Part shown: in pieces, positions 1 to 9,871 of the stretch
Position numbering within the stretch: the first letter of the stretch is position 1
How the letters are laid out: each line of letters opens with the position of its first letter
NCBI GenBank assembly: GCA_017521025.1
Contig: JAFXEB010000002.1
Location: 20,232 to 84,231 of the forward strand
DNA: 64,000 nt
Source: Clostridia bacterium
GTDB lineage: Bacteria; Bacillota; Clostridia; Oscillospirales; CAG-382
Reading direction: 5' to 3'
Notes under the pieces: model-generated
What the model saw: the letters and a program-made list of their open reading frames with translations, nothing else
What the model was told of the DNA's origin: nothing
The model's database searches: none
Program-made: the position numbers and the translations under genes

Positions 1-1
1 T

Positions 2-2095
2 TTAGGCTTTGGCAAAAAAGATGTAAAGGCCATGGTCGATAGCTATTTTGAGACCCTTGACGAACAGCTTGGCGCGGCTAAAACAAAGTTTATTGAGGCT
101 CTTTGCGTTTTCGCCTTTATAAGAGTGCGTGATAGGCTTGCAGCCCTTATTGATGAATACGAAGCTTTCTTTGACGGACTCGACGAATTTATAGTAAAAG
201 CTTATTCTGCTACTGTTGGTAGCGAGAATTTCCATGACGGAAGCAAGGGCGCTGTATATGTGTGCGCAAGTGCAGAGATAAAGAAAATGATGTACGAAAA
301 CGTAAACAGAGACATAGACACGCAGACAGGCGAAATCGCCAGCAGTGTAAGTCAGTCGCTGTTTACCGCAATGCGTGACAGAATAAGTACTTCTAACAAG
401 AAACAAAAGATGCATATCAAGGAAAAGATCAAGGGCATCGAGGGTCTTTTCAACAGTGTATCCGATATAGTTACCGAGGGTCTTAAGTATATCCATAGTA
501 TTCAGCGTGCTGTTGATAGGAATGTTTTCCAGGCTATCCTTTATGAATTTAAGCTTTTGAATCCCGGCAAGGAGAACTACGAAGGGAAATACAATGGTAG
601 TAACGAAGCTAAGAACTTGATCGATCAGTTTGTGAGCGGAAAATTTGTTGCTGCGTCGAGGATGGCAGCTCCTTGTCTAGTGTATGATACAAAGGATCCC
701 TATAGTGGAATGTTCAAGAACAGCAAGAATGAAACTCCCAGAAGTGTTTCCAATGCTTACAGGTATTTTGCAAACAATCCGGAGGTTGATGAGAGTATAA
801 AGGGACTTATTAAGAGCGGTTCCGCAAACGACTTGTTTGATACCATGGCTCCGACCTTACCTCTCGATACAGATAACCAGACGGTTGCCGTTAAGCATGT
901 TTGCAGCGACAAGGTAGATTCCTACAGCATACTCTGCTATTCTACCGTTCACTGTCTGCAGCCTTATCAGATAAAGGCGTTTGACGAGATAAATGGCGGA
1001 GTGTACTATGACCATTATTCCAAGCGCATTATCGAGATGGAAAAGGTACAGAAGTACTCCCTTTCTCCTCATATAGACAAGCGTTGGCACAAGCACGGCG
1101 TTATGCCTTACATCAACGTTTCCAAGGAGATAGAAAAGCGTCTTGACCTGGGCAAGGCATTCCTTTACTCTTTGCTTGGCGGCAAGATAGGCTACAGCAA
1201 GGTAGACAACGAGGTTAAGCTCGTATTCGGTGATGCCAGCATTAACCGTGCTCCTGAGCTTATGTATAACAAGGGACGCTCCGTAACCTACAGAAACGCT
1301 CACCGTGCAATGTATTGGCTGGTAAACGAGGAGGCTCTTGTTGAGAGATATTCCAGTGCATTTGACAGATACATCGAGGCAGAGATAGAAAAGCTTGCAG
1401 ACTACTCTGATTCTGTTGGCGAGTACAAGGCGAGAGTTTCTAACTACAGCAAGGTGCTTAAGATGTTCTTAGGCCGTGTTATCGGTCACAAGCCTTTGAC
1501 CAGTACCACCGGCGGCAAGGTTGAAAAGAATCCGCTTAGCGAGAACATCGGCGTTTTAGAGCTTGCGTACAAGCTTCACAAGTCTGAGGAGAAGGAGACC
1601 GACAAGGATTACGGCGAGCTTGTTGTGGCTGTTCTTTGCGACATAATCAAAAAATACAGCAAGGCTCCCTTTAACGCAGACGATATTGCAAGTAAGGATA
1701 AGGGCAAGGCATCTTATTTGGGTTATCTTGATGTTTATTCTCATATCCTTGAGCGCTTCCTCGAGGAGCTTGCTATGGATATTCAGTATCCTGCAAGGAA
1801 GGCAGATCCCAACAGAAAGCCCAGCACAGACGAAAAGGTTAAAGCAAAGGCTAAGGCAGAAATCGAGGCTGCTTTGTCCGAGACCGACGATGAGAACGCA
1901 CTGTTTATAGATAGCGGCAGAGACAGCTTTGGCAGGGCTGATGCAGAGGGTAATATCGGTGAAAACTCCGCAGAGGCAGAGGACGGAAAGGAAAAGGATC
2001 TCTTCACCATCAATCCTAAGGTGAATTCCGAAGTTGCTAAGGACGAGGTATATGCTTGGGTTTACGGCGAGATCATTAAGAACCTGAACGACTAA
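2..2095 (+). CDS. Large hypothetical protein, 5'-truncated by the window edge; possibly the C-terminal part of a tubulin-like (Tubulin_2) domain protein
   Basis: The frame is open from base 2 (LGFGKKDVKAM...), so the ATG at 32 is probably internal. The protein is helical with an acidic tail. The YYDHY...SPHIDKRWH...MPY segment recalls C-termini of clostridial tubulin-like proteins (from memory). No GTPase motif lies inside the window. Confidence 0.55.
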   Translation, partial: LGFGKKDVKAMVDSYFETLDEQLGAAKTKFIEALCVFAFIRVRDRLAALIDEYEAFFDGLDEFIVKAYSATVGSENFHDGSKGAVYVCASAEIKKMMYENVNRDIDTQTGEIASSVSQSLFTAMRDRISTSNKKQKMHIKEKIKGIEGLFNSVSDIVTEGLKYIHSIQRAVDRNVFQAILYEFKLLNPGKENYEGKYNGSNEAKNLIDQFVSGKFVAASRMAAPCLVYDTKDPYSGMFKNSKNETPRSVSNAYRYFANNPEVDESIKGLIKSGSANDLFDTMAPTLPLDTDNQTVAVKHVCSDKVDSYSILCYSTVHCLQPYQIKAFDEINGGVYYDHYSKRIIEMEKVQKYSLSPHIDKRWHKHGVMPYINVSKEIEKRLDLGKAFLYSLLGGKIGYSKVDNEVKLVFGDASINRAPELMYNKGRSVTYRNAHRAMYWLVNEEALVERYSSAFDRYIEAEIEKLADYSDSVGEYKARVSNYSKVLKMFLGRVIGHKPLTSTTGGKVEKNPLSENIGVLELAYKLHKSEEKETDKDYGELVVAVLCDIIKKYSKAPFNADDIASKDKGKASYLGYLDVYSHILERFLEELAMDIQYPARKADPNRKPSTDEKVKAKAKAEIEAALSETDDENALFIDSGRDSFGRADAEGNIGENSAEAEDGKEKDLFTINPKVNSEVAKDEVYAWVYGEIIKNLND

Positions 2096-2150
2096 TCATT
2101 TTTTGATTATTATTAAGGCGAATTTATAGACAAAGGGGACGTTTTACAGG

Positions 2151-4451
2151 ATGAGAACTATAGTAGTGAATACCTCTAAGGAAGCGAAGGAGACAAGGCT
2201 CAGACTCTTGTTCAGCGCCCCCTTTGACAGCAGTAGCCTGCTTTATTTCAACAGCACCCTGCCTAAAATAGGCGAGGTTGCGGCGCAGATAAAGCAAAAA
2301 CTGATTACGGACACTGATACGGTTGACAGGGACTATAATATTATAGTCCTTGTTGATCTGTATACATTTCCCCGAGGCAACGAGCAGGACGCAGCAAGGC
2401 TTTACAAATATCTGCTTGAAAAATATATAGCCACTTCTTTTCTCAGCAAGCTGTACAGGGACTATGGCTTGAATCCTTTGGGCGTGTCCCTTTATTTTGT
2501 CGACTCGTCCTCTAAGGTAAGCAATTTCGATGACGGCAGATTCACGGCTAAAAACCCCGAGGAGCAAAGGCTGGAGGAGCGCAGAAAGCAGGAGGCGGCC
2601 GAGCAAGCGGAGCAGGCTATGTTGGATTCTGACGGTGATTCGTTTATCGGAGAGGTAGACGAGGTTCATATCGCCTCTCCCGAAAACAATCAGCACCGCG
2701 CAGAAAGAAAGCATCAGCTTATGATGGAACTTTTTGGATGGAGCGCTGACGCAAAAGCAGATGCGATTGGGTGGAAGCTTAAGTGTGCGGCAGGCGAGGA
2801 CGGATTTATCGACCTTAAAGAAACCTTCAGCGCCACAGTCAAGGAGATAGAGAACTCCTCTGAGGGCGTCCCCGTGCTCGATTTAGCGCTTGCGGTTGTT
2901 AAGGATCTGGAGCTTGGCACGGATATCGACCGCATCAGCACCTTTACGGAGCGAGATATGGACGTTTTGAAGGGTAGCTCCGTATACAGTCTGGTGTGTA
3001 GGTTTGAGCGAGAAAACGAGCAGGATCTTGTAGAGGGATTTTTTAACGTTTTTGCCAATATTTTTTGTTGCGTTCAGAACAAAAAGCTGAGCAGAGGCGT
3101 TGTTAATTACGGCAAGGACGAGATAAAGGCGCTTTTGATACACGCTCTTAAAAAGTATAGATTCTATTCCGAGGAAAAGAATTTGCCCGTAGAATTTGAG
3201 GTGGTAAGCCTTGTTTTTGAGGAGGGCGATGCCATTTGCAGGCAGTGGTCAAGCGCTCAGAAAAAGCCTTATAAAGCGAATGACGACAAGGATTTGCTTG
3301 CACAGATAAGCGCTGATGTGCAGAAAGCATACAGCGGCGATGCAAGCGAAAGCAGTGTCGACAAGTTTGCCGAGGAGATCGTAAAGGAGGAATCGGCGCA
3401 TAAGCTCAAGGGGTTGGACAAACAGGTCTACGACACTGTAAAGGAGATACTCCTCAATTATGACGAGGAGCTGATAAAGAGGCAGAACCGCATCTTTTTG
3501 AAAAAGTGTAGGGAAAGCGTCTGGGATTGGCGTGATAAGCAGACCGAAAAGGAGTTTTCTGACGTGGTAGCGGCAAAGGTGGCTGAGGTCGCTTCGAAAA
3601 AGACGGGCGACGTTAAGGATTCGGTCGGCACCATCGTTATCAATGAAGAAGGCAAAGCAAAAAAGACAACAAGAGACAGCATTGATTTTATTAAGGACGA
3701 AAACGAGAAGAAGCACGGCGACCTTGTAGCGGCAGTGACAGAGACTCAGCACAAGCTTGCTTCCAACAACAACGTTTTGGTGGAAACAAAGAATATCCTT
3801 ATAAAGTACAGCGACCTTATGAAGAAGAGCAAATGGTACAGGATAGCTTTTGTGGGTGCCATAGTCGCAATAATCATCGCAGTGCTACCATACATATACA
3901 TTCAGTTCAATTCCAACAGCGAGAACGCTATACACAGGGCGCTGTACGTCCTGTTTACCGCAGGCTTTGCTTTGCTGTACAGTGCCGCATCGAGCATATA
4001 TATAGGTAAGCTCAGCAAGAAAAAGCGTGCGCTTAAGGCAGAGCTCGACGCTCTGAAGGAAAAGAGCGTAAACGAGCGCAGGCAAAGCATTATTGCGTTG
4101 TATAATTATTACACAGATATAATTGTCAGGACTGAAAGCCATGGGCTGTTGTGGCGTGAGATATTGAAAAGAGACAGAGAAAACGCCAGACTCGGCATCA
4201 AGAGAAATACGCATATACGAAAGCTTAACAGGCTCGCAAAAACCGTTGAAGGCGTTATGACAAAGCTTAAGCTTGATGTATACGATACGGCTATGAACCC
4301 CGGCGAGGAAGAGCTTAAGCAATTTTCCGAGTGCAGGTTGGTTGTAGAAGAGGCTTATTGCAGCGACAATAACAGAAGGATATACGGTGTTTTACCCATA
4401 GAAAGTGATGAAGCAGTAAACGAAAATAAAGCGGAAGGGGGAGACAAATAA
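2151..4451 (+). CDS. Hypothetical coiled-coil protein with a C-terminal two-TM hairpin
   Basis: 766-aa ORF with SD-like aaagggga. Charged helical stretches and two hydrophobic segments (IAFVGAIVAIIIAVLPYIYI; ALYVLFTAGFALLYSAASSIYI). The stop codon abuts the next ATG. Confidence 0.75.
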   Translation: MRTIVVNTSKEAKETRLRLLFSAPFDSSSLLYFNSTLPKIGEVAAQIKQKLITDTDTVDRDYNIIVLVDLYTFPRGNEQDAARLYKYLLEKYIATSFLSKLYRDYGLNPLGVSLYFVDSSSKVSNFDDGRFTAKNPEEQRLEERRKQEAAEQAEQAMLDSDGDSFIGEVDEVHIASPENNQHRAERKHQLMMELFGWSADAKADAIGWKLKCAAGEDGFIDLKETFSATVKEIENSSEGVPVLDLALAVVKDLELGTDIDRISTFTERDMDVLKGSSVYSLVCRFERENEQDLVEGFFNVFANIFCCVQNKKLSRGVVNYGKDEIKALLIHALKKYRFYSEEKNLPVEFEVVSLVFEEGDAICRQWSSAQKKPYKANDDKDLLAQISADVQKAYSGDASESSVDKFAEEIVKEESAHKLKGLDKQVYDTVKEILLNYDEELIKRQNRIFLKKCRESVWDWRDKQTEKEFSDVVAAKVAEVASKKTGDVKDSVGTIVINEEGKAKKTTRDSIDFIKDENEKKHGDLVAAVTETQHKLASNNNVLVETKNILIKYSDLMKKSKWYRIAFVGAIVAIIIAVLPYIYIQFNSNSENAIHRALYVLFTAGFALLYSAASSIYIGKLSKKKRALKAELDALKEKSVNERRQSIIALYNYYTDIIVRTESHGLLWREILKRDRENARLGIKRNTHIRKLNRLAKTVEGVMTKLKLDVYDTAMNPGEEELKQFSECRLVVEEAYCSDNNRRIYGVLPIESDEAVNENKAEGGDK

Positions 4452-7400
4452 ATGGCGTGGGTCTTACTAAAAATAATAGCCATAATAGCAATACTTTTGC
4501 TGATGTGCCTTCCGTTCTTCCCTGCAAAATTCAGCTTTTCTCTTGCGTCTAAGAGCTATGACGGCAAGGAGCGTTGGAAGAATCTGTGGTTTGTTATTGA
4601 GACGGCTATAGTAAGCGTTTTCCTTGTTACCTTTGCCCCGTATATAAAGAACGCTCTTGAAGCTTTCTTTAACTTAGGCTTTATGCAGTGGTTAAAGGAT
4701 CTGTTGCCCGAGCGCTTTGTTTACAGCATTGACGTTGTAGTCCTTATAGCAGTAAACCTTGGTATATGCTTTTTGTTTTTGTTTTTCAAAAAGCTTCTTC
4801 GTATAGTTTTGGACAGATTGATCCGCACCGGAGGAGGCAGCAGTAACCTCGGCACGGGCAAAAACAAAGGCAACCAAAAGCAGTTTTCCCCCAATAAAAA
4901 GACGGGCGGCAAGGACGTTTCAGACAAGCGACTGAGGATACTGAGAAAGAATTCGGTATTAGTGTTTGGTAAAGGTAAAAAGGATGTAAAAGGACAGACA
5001 GCCAAGCTCGGCGATTATACCGCAGTCAAAAAGGACGGCGAAAAACAAAAGACTAAAAAGAAAAAGTCAAACGCTGTAAAGAGCGAGGAGTCGGTATCCT
5101 TCGCCTCGCTGTTCAAGTATGCATATAATAAGCTTGTGGCTGTTTTTTACGATGAGGAGGACGAGTTTGAATACGTAAAGCCCGGTACCTACCGTTGGGC
5201 AAAGGAAATGAAAAGCTTTATGTTCCTTATGTCCTGTCTTTATTTGCTGGTTTGCCTTGCCGTATTGCTCCCCGTTTTCTTTTCCTTCAGTTGGTTCCCC
5301 TATTTCTACACCATAGCAGAGTGGCTTATAGACAACACCTATATGTATCCAATGCTTTCTTTGGTGATGTTGTTTGAGATATTGTGGTTTATCGACGGTG
5401 AATATAAGTATTCTGAGGAGGTTGCGGCGCCCTATATGACCTTTGTTTCGGGCGTTAATTCCGACAAAGAGGAAAATCTTTCAGAGTCACGTAATGCGTT
5501 TCTGAATAAGTACGGTCAAAGCTATAACATAAAGAATTTTGAAAGCACTGCTATGGGTGGTAAAGGCACCTATACGCTGGAGGAAAAATCCCGTGCCATA
5601 CAGAATATGGCTAAAGCCATAAGGGCTAGCAAGGGCTTTGTCAATGGCGACTATATGCAAGGCGTTGAACATATGTTTGACGGCAAGCATGTTTTGTTTG
5701 ACACCTCTCTCTATTCTTCTCTCGGTGAATACATAGTGCACTATCTGTTTGTGGTTATGTCCTTTGGTACCCGTGTCCTGTTTATATGCAAGGACAAGAA
5801 GGAGATTGAAAATGCGTCGGCTTTTCTTGAAAAATCCTTTAAGGAGATAACTAAAACCGATATGGTTTTGTGGCGCATTAGCACATATGAGAGATTGCAC
5901 GAGGGCGAGACCCCTGATATCCTGCTTCTTACGCCCGACCAATTTCTTGAAAGAGGTCTGCAATCTGACGGTAAAAGCTTTTTCGAGGAGCTTGTAGACG
6001 TTTTTGTTCTTGATACTGATAAAATCATCACCGAAAATAACTACTACTGTTTGATCATGGCAAAGACCTTGGAGAAGGCAACCACCTTTTTCGGCGAAGA
6101 CAGAGACTTTGATGCCGATTCTTCAATAGCGGTTGAAAAGCGCATAAGATATCGCTTTCTTTCAAGCGGTCACATTCAGGCTCTCGATAACAGTATCCGC
6201 CAGTTCTTTAATCTTGAGGATGCACGTCTTGAGACCTTCCACACCTTTGGTCTCGCTTCTAAGACCGAGGTCTTCCTGTGGCGTACGGGCATGTCGTCTA
6301 CTATGTACGTAGACAACGGCGCAAACCAGGTGGCGCTGGAGGTGCAGATAGCGAAGGAGGCACGCAGTCACGGTATAACCCATATCAGTCTCATATCCGA
6401 TGCTGCGGTTTACAGCAGTCAGCTCAACGAAATATCGGGTCTTACTATAAATTGCTGTGACCTTTCCGATAACTCCACAGGCTATGTTATTGTGGCTGAC
6501 GATTGCTTCAACCTTCCCAACGCAATATATAACTTCTCCCGTTTCTCGGGCAGAAAATCTACTGTTCTGCACGTGGTGAGCAAGCCTTATCTGCTTCGTG
6601 AGTACTTTGCATCCCGTGCTGAAAGCTACGCCTCTCATTTTGAGCTTATCGGCAAGACTATGTCCGAGCACGCAGACGTAAAAAAGGTCAATATTATCAA
6701 TCTGCTTTGCGATGCGGTAAACGGCATGGAGCGCTCACTGTTTATTCAGCGTGCTTCTGAATTTTTGGGCGACACCCCTGCAGATAACAGCGAAGTCATC
6801 GACAAAGAACCCGATGAGAAGGAGCTTGAGCGTTTCGTACAGCGTTGCTATGACGTAGCTTTTGGGGAGGGGCATGACTACGAGCCTCGATTCACCATTA
6901 AGAAGGAGCAAAGCTCCCAGCTTGAATACAAGACTTTTGTATATCTCGTTGTTCCGGCAAGGCTGTTTAAAAAACTGCTTGAAAGCACAAGAACGGTCAG
7001 GCTTGAATACGTTAATACCCAGAATTCTGAATACCTTTCCGTATTTAAGGATGAGATGGCACAGCATTTTGTTCCGGGTCAGGTAATGATGCGGAACAAC
7101 AGGTGCTACACCATCAAGGCTATGGACAAAGAGAACGGCGTTCTCACTCTTGATGATACGGGCCCAAGCGTCAATGTTCCGATGGATTATATCCAGACAA
7201 GACATTACGAGATAAAGAACGCCGAGCTTGACAGGAGCTTTGGTCATCATTACAGAGCGCTCAACAGTGTTGTTAATCACGTTGGCTACAGTATATACGA
7301 TGCCGACGTCTCCGTTGATACAGTGGGCTATTACTCCATAGAAAAGGCTGTTCAGACGGTGGATCTTGTAAAGCCCAACTTTGCAAAGTATGTGGATCTC

Positions 7401-9665
7401 AGTGGCGACCAAAAGCTTATAAAAAAGCTGAGAAGAGATATAAAAACAAAGGTGCTGTTGGTTGAGCTTGATTCTGCCGTGGAGTGTGAGCCCTCCGTCA
7501 CCTATTCACTCTCGGTCATACTGGGCGAGTTTATGAAAACTCTGTTCCCTCAGCAGTACAGGTGCGTATCCGTTTGTCCCATCTTTGACGAGGGCGTGGA
7601 GGAGCAATTCTTTGAGGGTAACACCGCCATACGTGACCTGTATCCTCGCATTGTAGACTCTTTTGGCAGGGGAGAGGGTGAGAACGATAAAAAACGCATT
7701 CGTTTTGCAGTTATAGAGGACATAGACGGCGGCAACGGTGTTGTTGAGACCCTCGTTGACGGTAACGGCATAATGGTCACAAACCTGCTGCATGTTGTTG
7801 CCGACTTCCTTGCTTGGATCAATTCTCCCGTAGGCCAGGGCTTCAGGTATCTGCACTTCGGCTACGATGCTTGCCCTGCTGTTTTCGATTTTGCCAAGCT
7901 TGACGAGATAGTCAAGCAGTTCCGTCAGGATGTAGAGCGTTCAGAGCTTGTCCGTATACATGACGATAACACTTGCTTCTTCTGTCATAAGCAGGTGGAG
8001 GACGAGGAGCTTCAGGAGCTTGAGGACGGAAGGGCGATATGCCGTTCCTGCTCGGAAAGCTCGGTTGGCACCTTCGAGGGATTGGAGGAGTGCTTCAAAG
8101 CGGTGTTTGATGCATTAAAGGCAAATACCTCTGTTCCGGAGACCTTCCCCTCTGAAATAAAGGCGGATTTCGTATCCACAAAGGAGCTGAGAGAGCGTTT
8201 CGGTGACGTTGAGGAAGTACTCCCCATAGCATATTGCAACCACCTGGACAACAGCATTTATTTGGAATACGGCTTGCCCAAGGCGGCTTTGTGCGGCGCT
8301 ATTGCCAGAATGATAACAGAGCTGTGGCAGGACAACAACGTATCCAATGACGGCTCTGCTATATACGGCGGTCATCTCGACCTTGTGGAGCTTCAGGCGC
8401 TTTTGTGGCTGAAATACGGCAACGAGGCTAATCTGCTTCGCAATTATTATCAGGGCAGAGAGGGGCTTGCAGCGCTTGAACAGGCACTTAAGGAGTTTGG
8501 CAGTCAGGATAGCTTTGCTTATTTCCTTGGCAAGTCAGGCATTAAAAACGGGGAGAAGCCCGGTGAGGATGAGGAGGACATACCCTTTATCGCAGAGCGT
8601 GACCCCAAGACTCTTCCCAGATTCCTGTACAGTCTGCTTTCCGAGGACGAAAAGGCGATCTATGACCAGATTTGCACTGCTGTATGTCAACATCAGGAAA
8701 GCACGGGCGAGCTTTGCAGACCTATAGTTGCTGAAAGATGCAGAGAGATACTCTATATGGTAAAATGGGATAATCCCCATATTATCTGGTGTGCTCATTC
8801 CTTTGGTACCGTTATGAGGAATAGCGAGAATATGGCGGTAAACGTTGTATTCAAGTATGTTCTTAGCCCGTCTGAGGCGCAAAAACGGGTAAAAAAGATC
8901 GAAAAATCCATAAAGCCGTTTCTCAAGGGTATCAAACCTTATATGAGCGATTACGAGGTTGCTTTGCGTGCTCATGAGAATATAGTAAGCCTTATAGATT
9001 ACGATTCGATAAGTCTTGATATACAGGACAATGACCCCGAGTTTGATAACAAGCCCGACAACCTGCGTTCTGTATATGGCGTTTTCGTAGAGAAAAAGGC
9101 TGTTTGCGCAGGCTATGCTGTGGCTTTCCAGTACCTGCTTCATCGCATGGGTATCGAGTGCGCTTACGTCAGAGGCCCGTGCCATGACGGTGAGTGGCAC
9201 GCCTGGAACCTTGTGAAGCTTGAGGGTGAGTACTACTACGTAGACGTAACCTTTGACGACCATACCAATACCGACATTAGGAAGAACGGCAGTGCAGAGA
9301 TATCCTATGACTATTTTGATATTACTACAGCCGAGCTTCTTAAATCGAGAAACATCCAAAACGCCGAGATCTATCCCGAGTGCAAGGCTGTTAAATGCAA
9401 CTATTTTGTGCGTAGCAATATGTTCTTCGAGGGCTATAATGCAAAGCAGGTTGCCAAGATAGTCAAAAACGCCTTGAAGGCGGGCAAAAAGGAGGTAGCT
9501 CTCAAGGCTGCTTCTCCCGAGGTTTTGGCCGTTATCAGGCGTAAGCTTATCAGCGAGGGAGGAATAAACGATATACTTTCCTCTCTGAATGAAAAGAAAA
9601 AATGCACTATATATAGTTATCTTAATGAGGAGCTGAATATATTGCACATTATTCTTGATAAATAG
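4452..9665 (+). CDS. Multidomain membrane protein: N-terminal TMs, degenerate SF2 (DEAD/DEAH, DUF1998-type) helicase, CxxC Zn finger, degenerate DA1-like domain, transglutaminase-like domain
   Basis: About 5 N-terminal TMs. Helicase-like motifs GKHVLFDTSLYSSLGE, RVLFIC, PDILLLTPDQF, VFVLDTD. DUF1998-like IEDIDGGNG. CFFC...CRSC. Intact triad CAGYA/HAWN/YVDVTFDD. Confidence 0.75.
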   Translation: MAWVLLKIIAIIAILLLMCLPFFPAKFSFSLASKSYDGKERWKNLWFVIETAIVSVFLVTFAPYIKNALEAFFNLGFMQWLKDLLPERFVYSIDVVVLIAVNLGICFLFLFFKKLLRIVLDRLIRTGGGSSNLGTGKNKGNQKQFSPNKKTGGKDVSDKRLRILRKNSVLVFGKGKKDVKGQTAKLGDYTAVKKDGEKQKTKKKKSNAVKSEESVSFASLFKYAYNKLVAVFYDEEDEFEYVKPGTYRWAKEMKSFMFLMSCLYLLVCLAVLLPVFFSFSWFPYFYTIAEWLIDNTYMYPMLSLVMLFEILWFIDGEYKYSEEVAAPYMTFVSGVNSDKEENLSESRNAFLNKYGQSYNIKNFESTAMGGKGTYTLEEKSRAIQNMAKAIRASKGFVNGDYMQGVEHMFDGKHVLFDTSLYSSLGEYIVHYLFVVMSFGTRVLFICKDKKEIENASAFLEKSFKEITKTDMVLWRISTYERLHEGETPDILLLTPDQFLERGLQSDGKSFFEELVDVFVLDTDKIITENNYYCLIMAKTLEKATTFFGEDRDFDADSSIAVEKRIRYRFLSSGHIQALDNSIRQFFNLEDARLETFHTFGLASKTEVFLWRTGMSSTMYVDNGANQVALEVQIAKEARSHGITHISLISDAAVYSSQLNEISGLTINCCDLSDNSTGYVIVADDCFNLPNAIYNFSRFSGRKSTVLHVVSKPYLLREYFASRAESYASHFELIGKTMSEHADVKKVNIINLLCDAVNGMERSLFIQRASEFLGDTPADNSEVIDKEPDEKELERFVQRCYDVAFGEGHDYEPRFTIKKEQSSQLEYKTFVYLVVPARLFKKLLESTRTVRLEYVNTQNSEYLSVFKDEMAQHFVPGQVMMRNNRCYTIKAMDKENGVLTLDDTGPSVNVPMDYIQTRHYEIKNAELDRSFGHHYRALNSVVNHVGYSIYDADVSVDTVGYYSIEKAVQTVDLVKPNFAKYVDLSGDQKLIKKLRRDIKTKVLLVELDSAVECEPSVTYSLSVILGEFMKTLFPQQYRCVSVCPIFDEGVEEQFFEGNTAIRDLYPRIVDSFGRGEGENDKKRIRFAVIEDIDGGNGVVETLVDGNGIMVTNLLHVVADFLAWINSPVGQGFRYLHFGYDACPAVFDFAKLDEIVKQFRQDVERSELVRIHDDNTCFFCHKQVEDEELQELEDGRAICRSCSESSVGTFEGLEECFKAVFDALKANTSVPETFPSEIKADFVSTKELRERFGDVEEVLPIAYCNHLDNSIYLEYGLPKAALCGAIARMITELWQDNNVSNDGSAIYGGHLDLVELQALLWLKYGNEANLLRNYYQGREGLAALEQALKEFGSQDSFAYFLGKSGIKNGEKPGEDEEDIPFIAERDPKTLPRFLYSLLSEDEKAIYDQICTAVCQHQESTGELCRPIVAERCREILYMVKWDNPHIIWCAHSFGTVMRNSENMAVNVVFKYVLSPSEAQKRVKKIEKSIKPFLKGIKPYMSDYEVALRAHENIVSLIDYDSISLDIQDNDPEFDNKPDNLRSVYGVFVEKKAVCAGYAVAFQYLLHRMGIECAYVRGPCHDGEWHAWNLVKLEGEYYYVDVTFDDHTNTDIRKNGSAEISYDYFDITTAELLKSRNIQNAEIYPECKAVKCNYFVRSNMFFEGYNAKQVAKIVKNALKAGKKEVALKAASPEVLAVIRRKLISEGGINDILSSLNEKKKCTIYSYLNEELNILHIILDK

Positions 9666-9686
9666 TATCAAATCTATTGGTGTTAT

Positions 9687-9722
9687 GACAGGGCAGAGCT
9701 TTTGCTTTGCCTTGTCTTTTTT
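9687..9722 (+). terminator. Intrinsic terminator closing the three-gene operon
   Basis: gacagggcagagc-tttt-gctttgccttgtc followed by a T run. Confidence 0.75.
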
Positions 9723-9871
9723 GAGTCGATCTCTTGCGAAAAATACGTCATATGAATAGTTATATACATTGAGGGGAACTATCCCAAAGCTTGAGCGCTT
9801 TGGCAAGCGACGGGTGAAGTTTACTGAAAGGAGGGGCTTTATGCCGTAAGGCGGCATTTTGCTGTTGTGAT

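Noticed and set aside
8535-9857. 440-aa minus-strand ORF
   Set aside because: Overlaps the transglutaminase domain on the opposite strand and has no domain signal.
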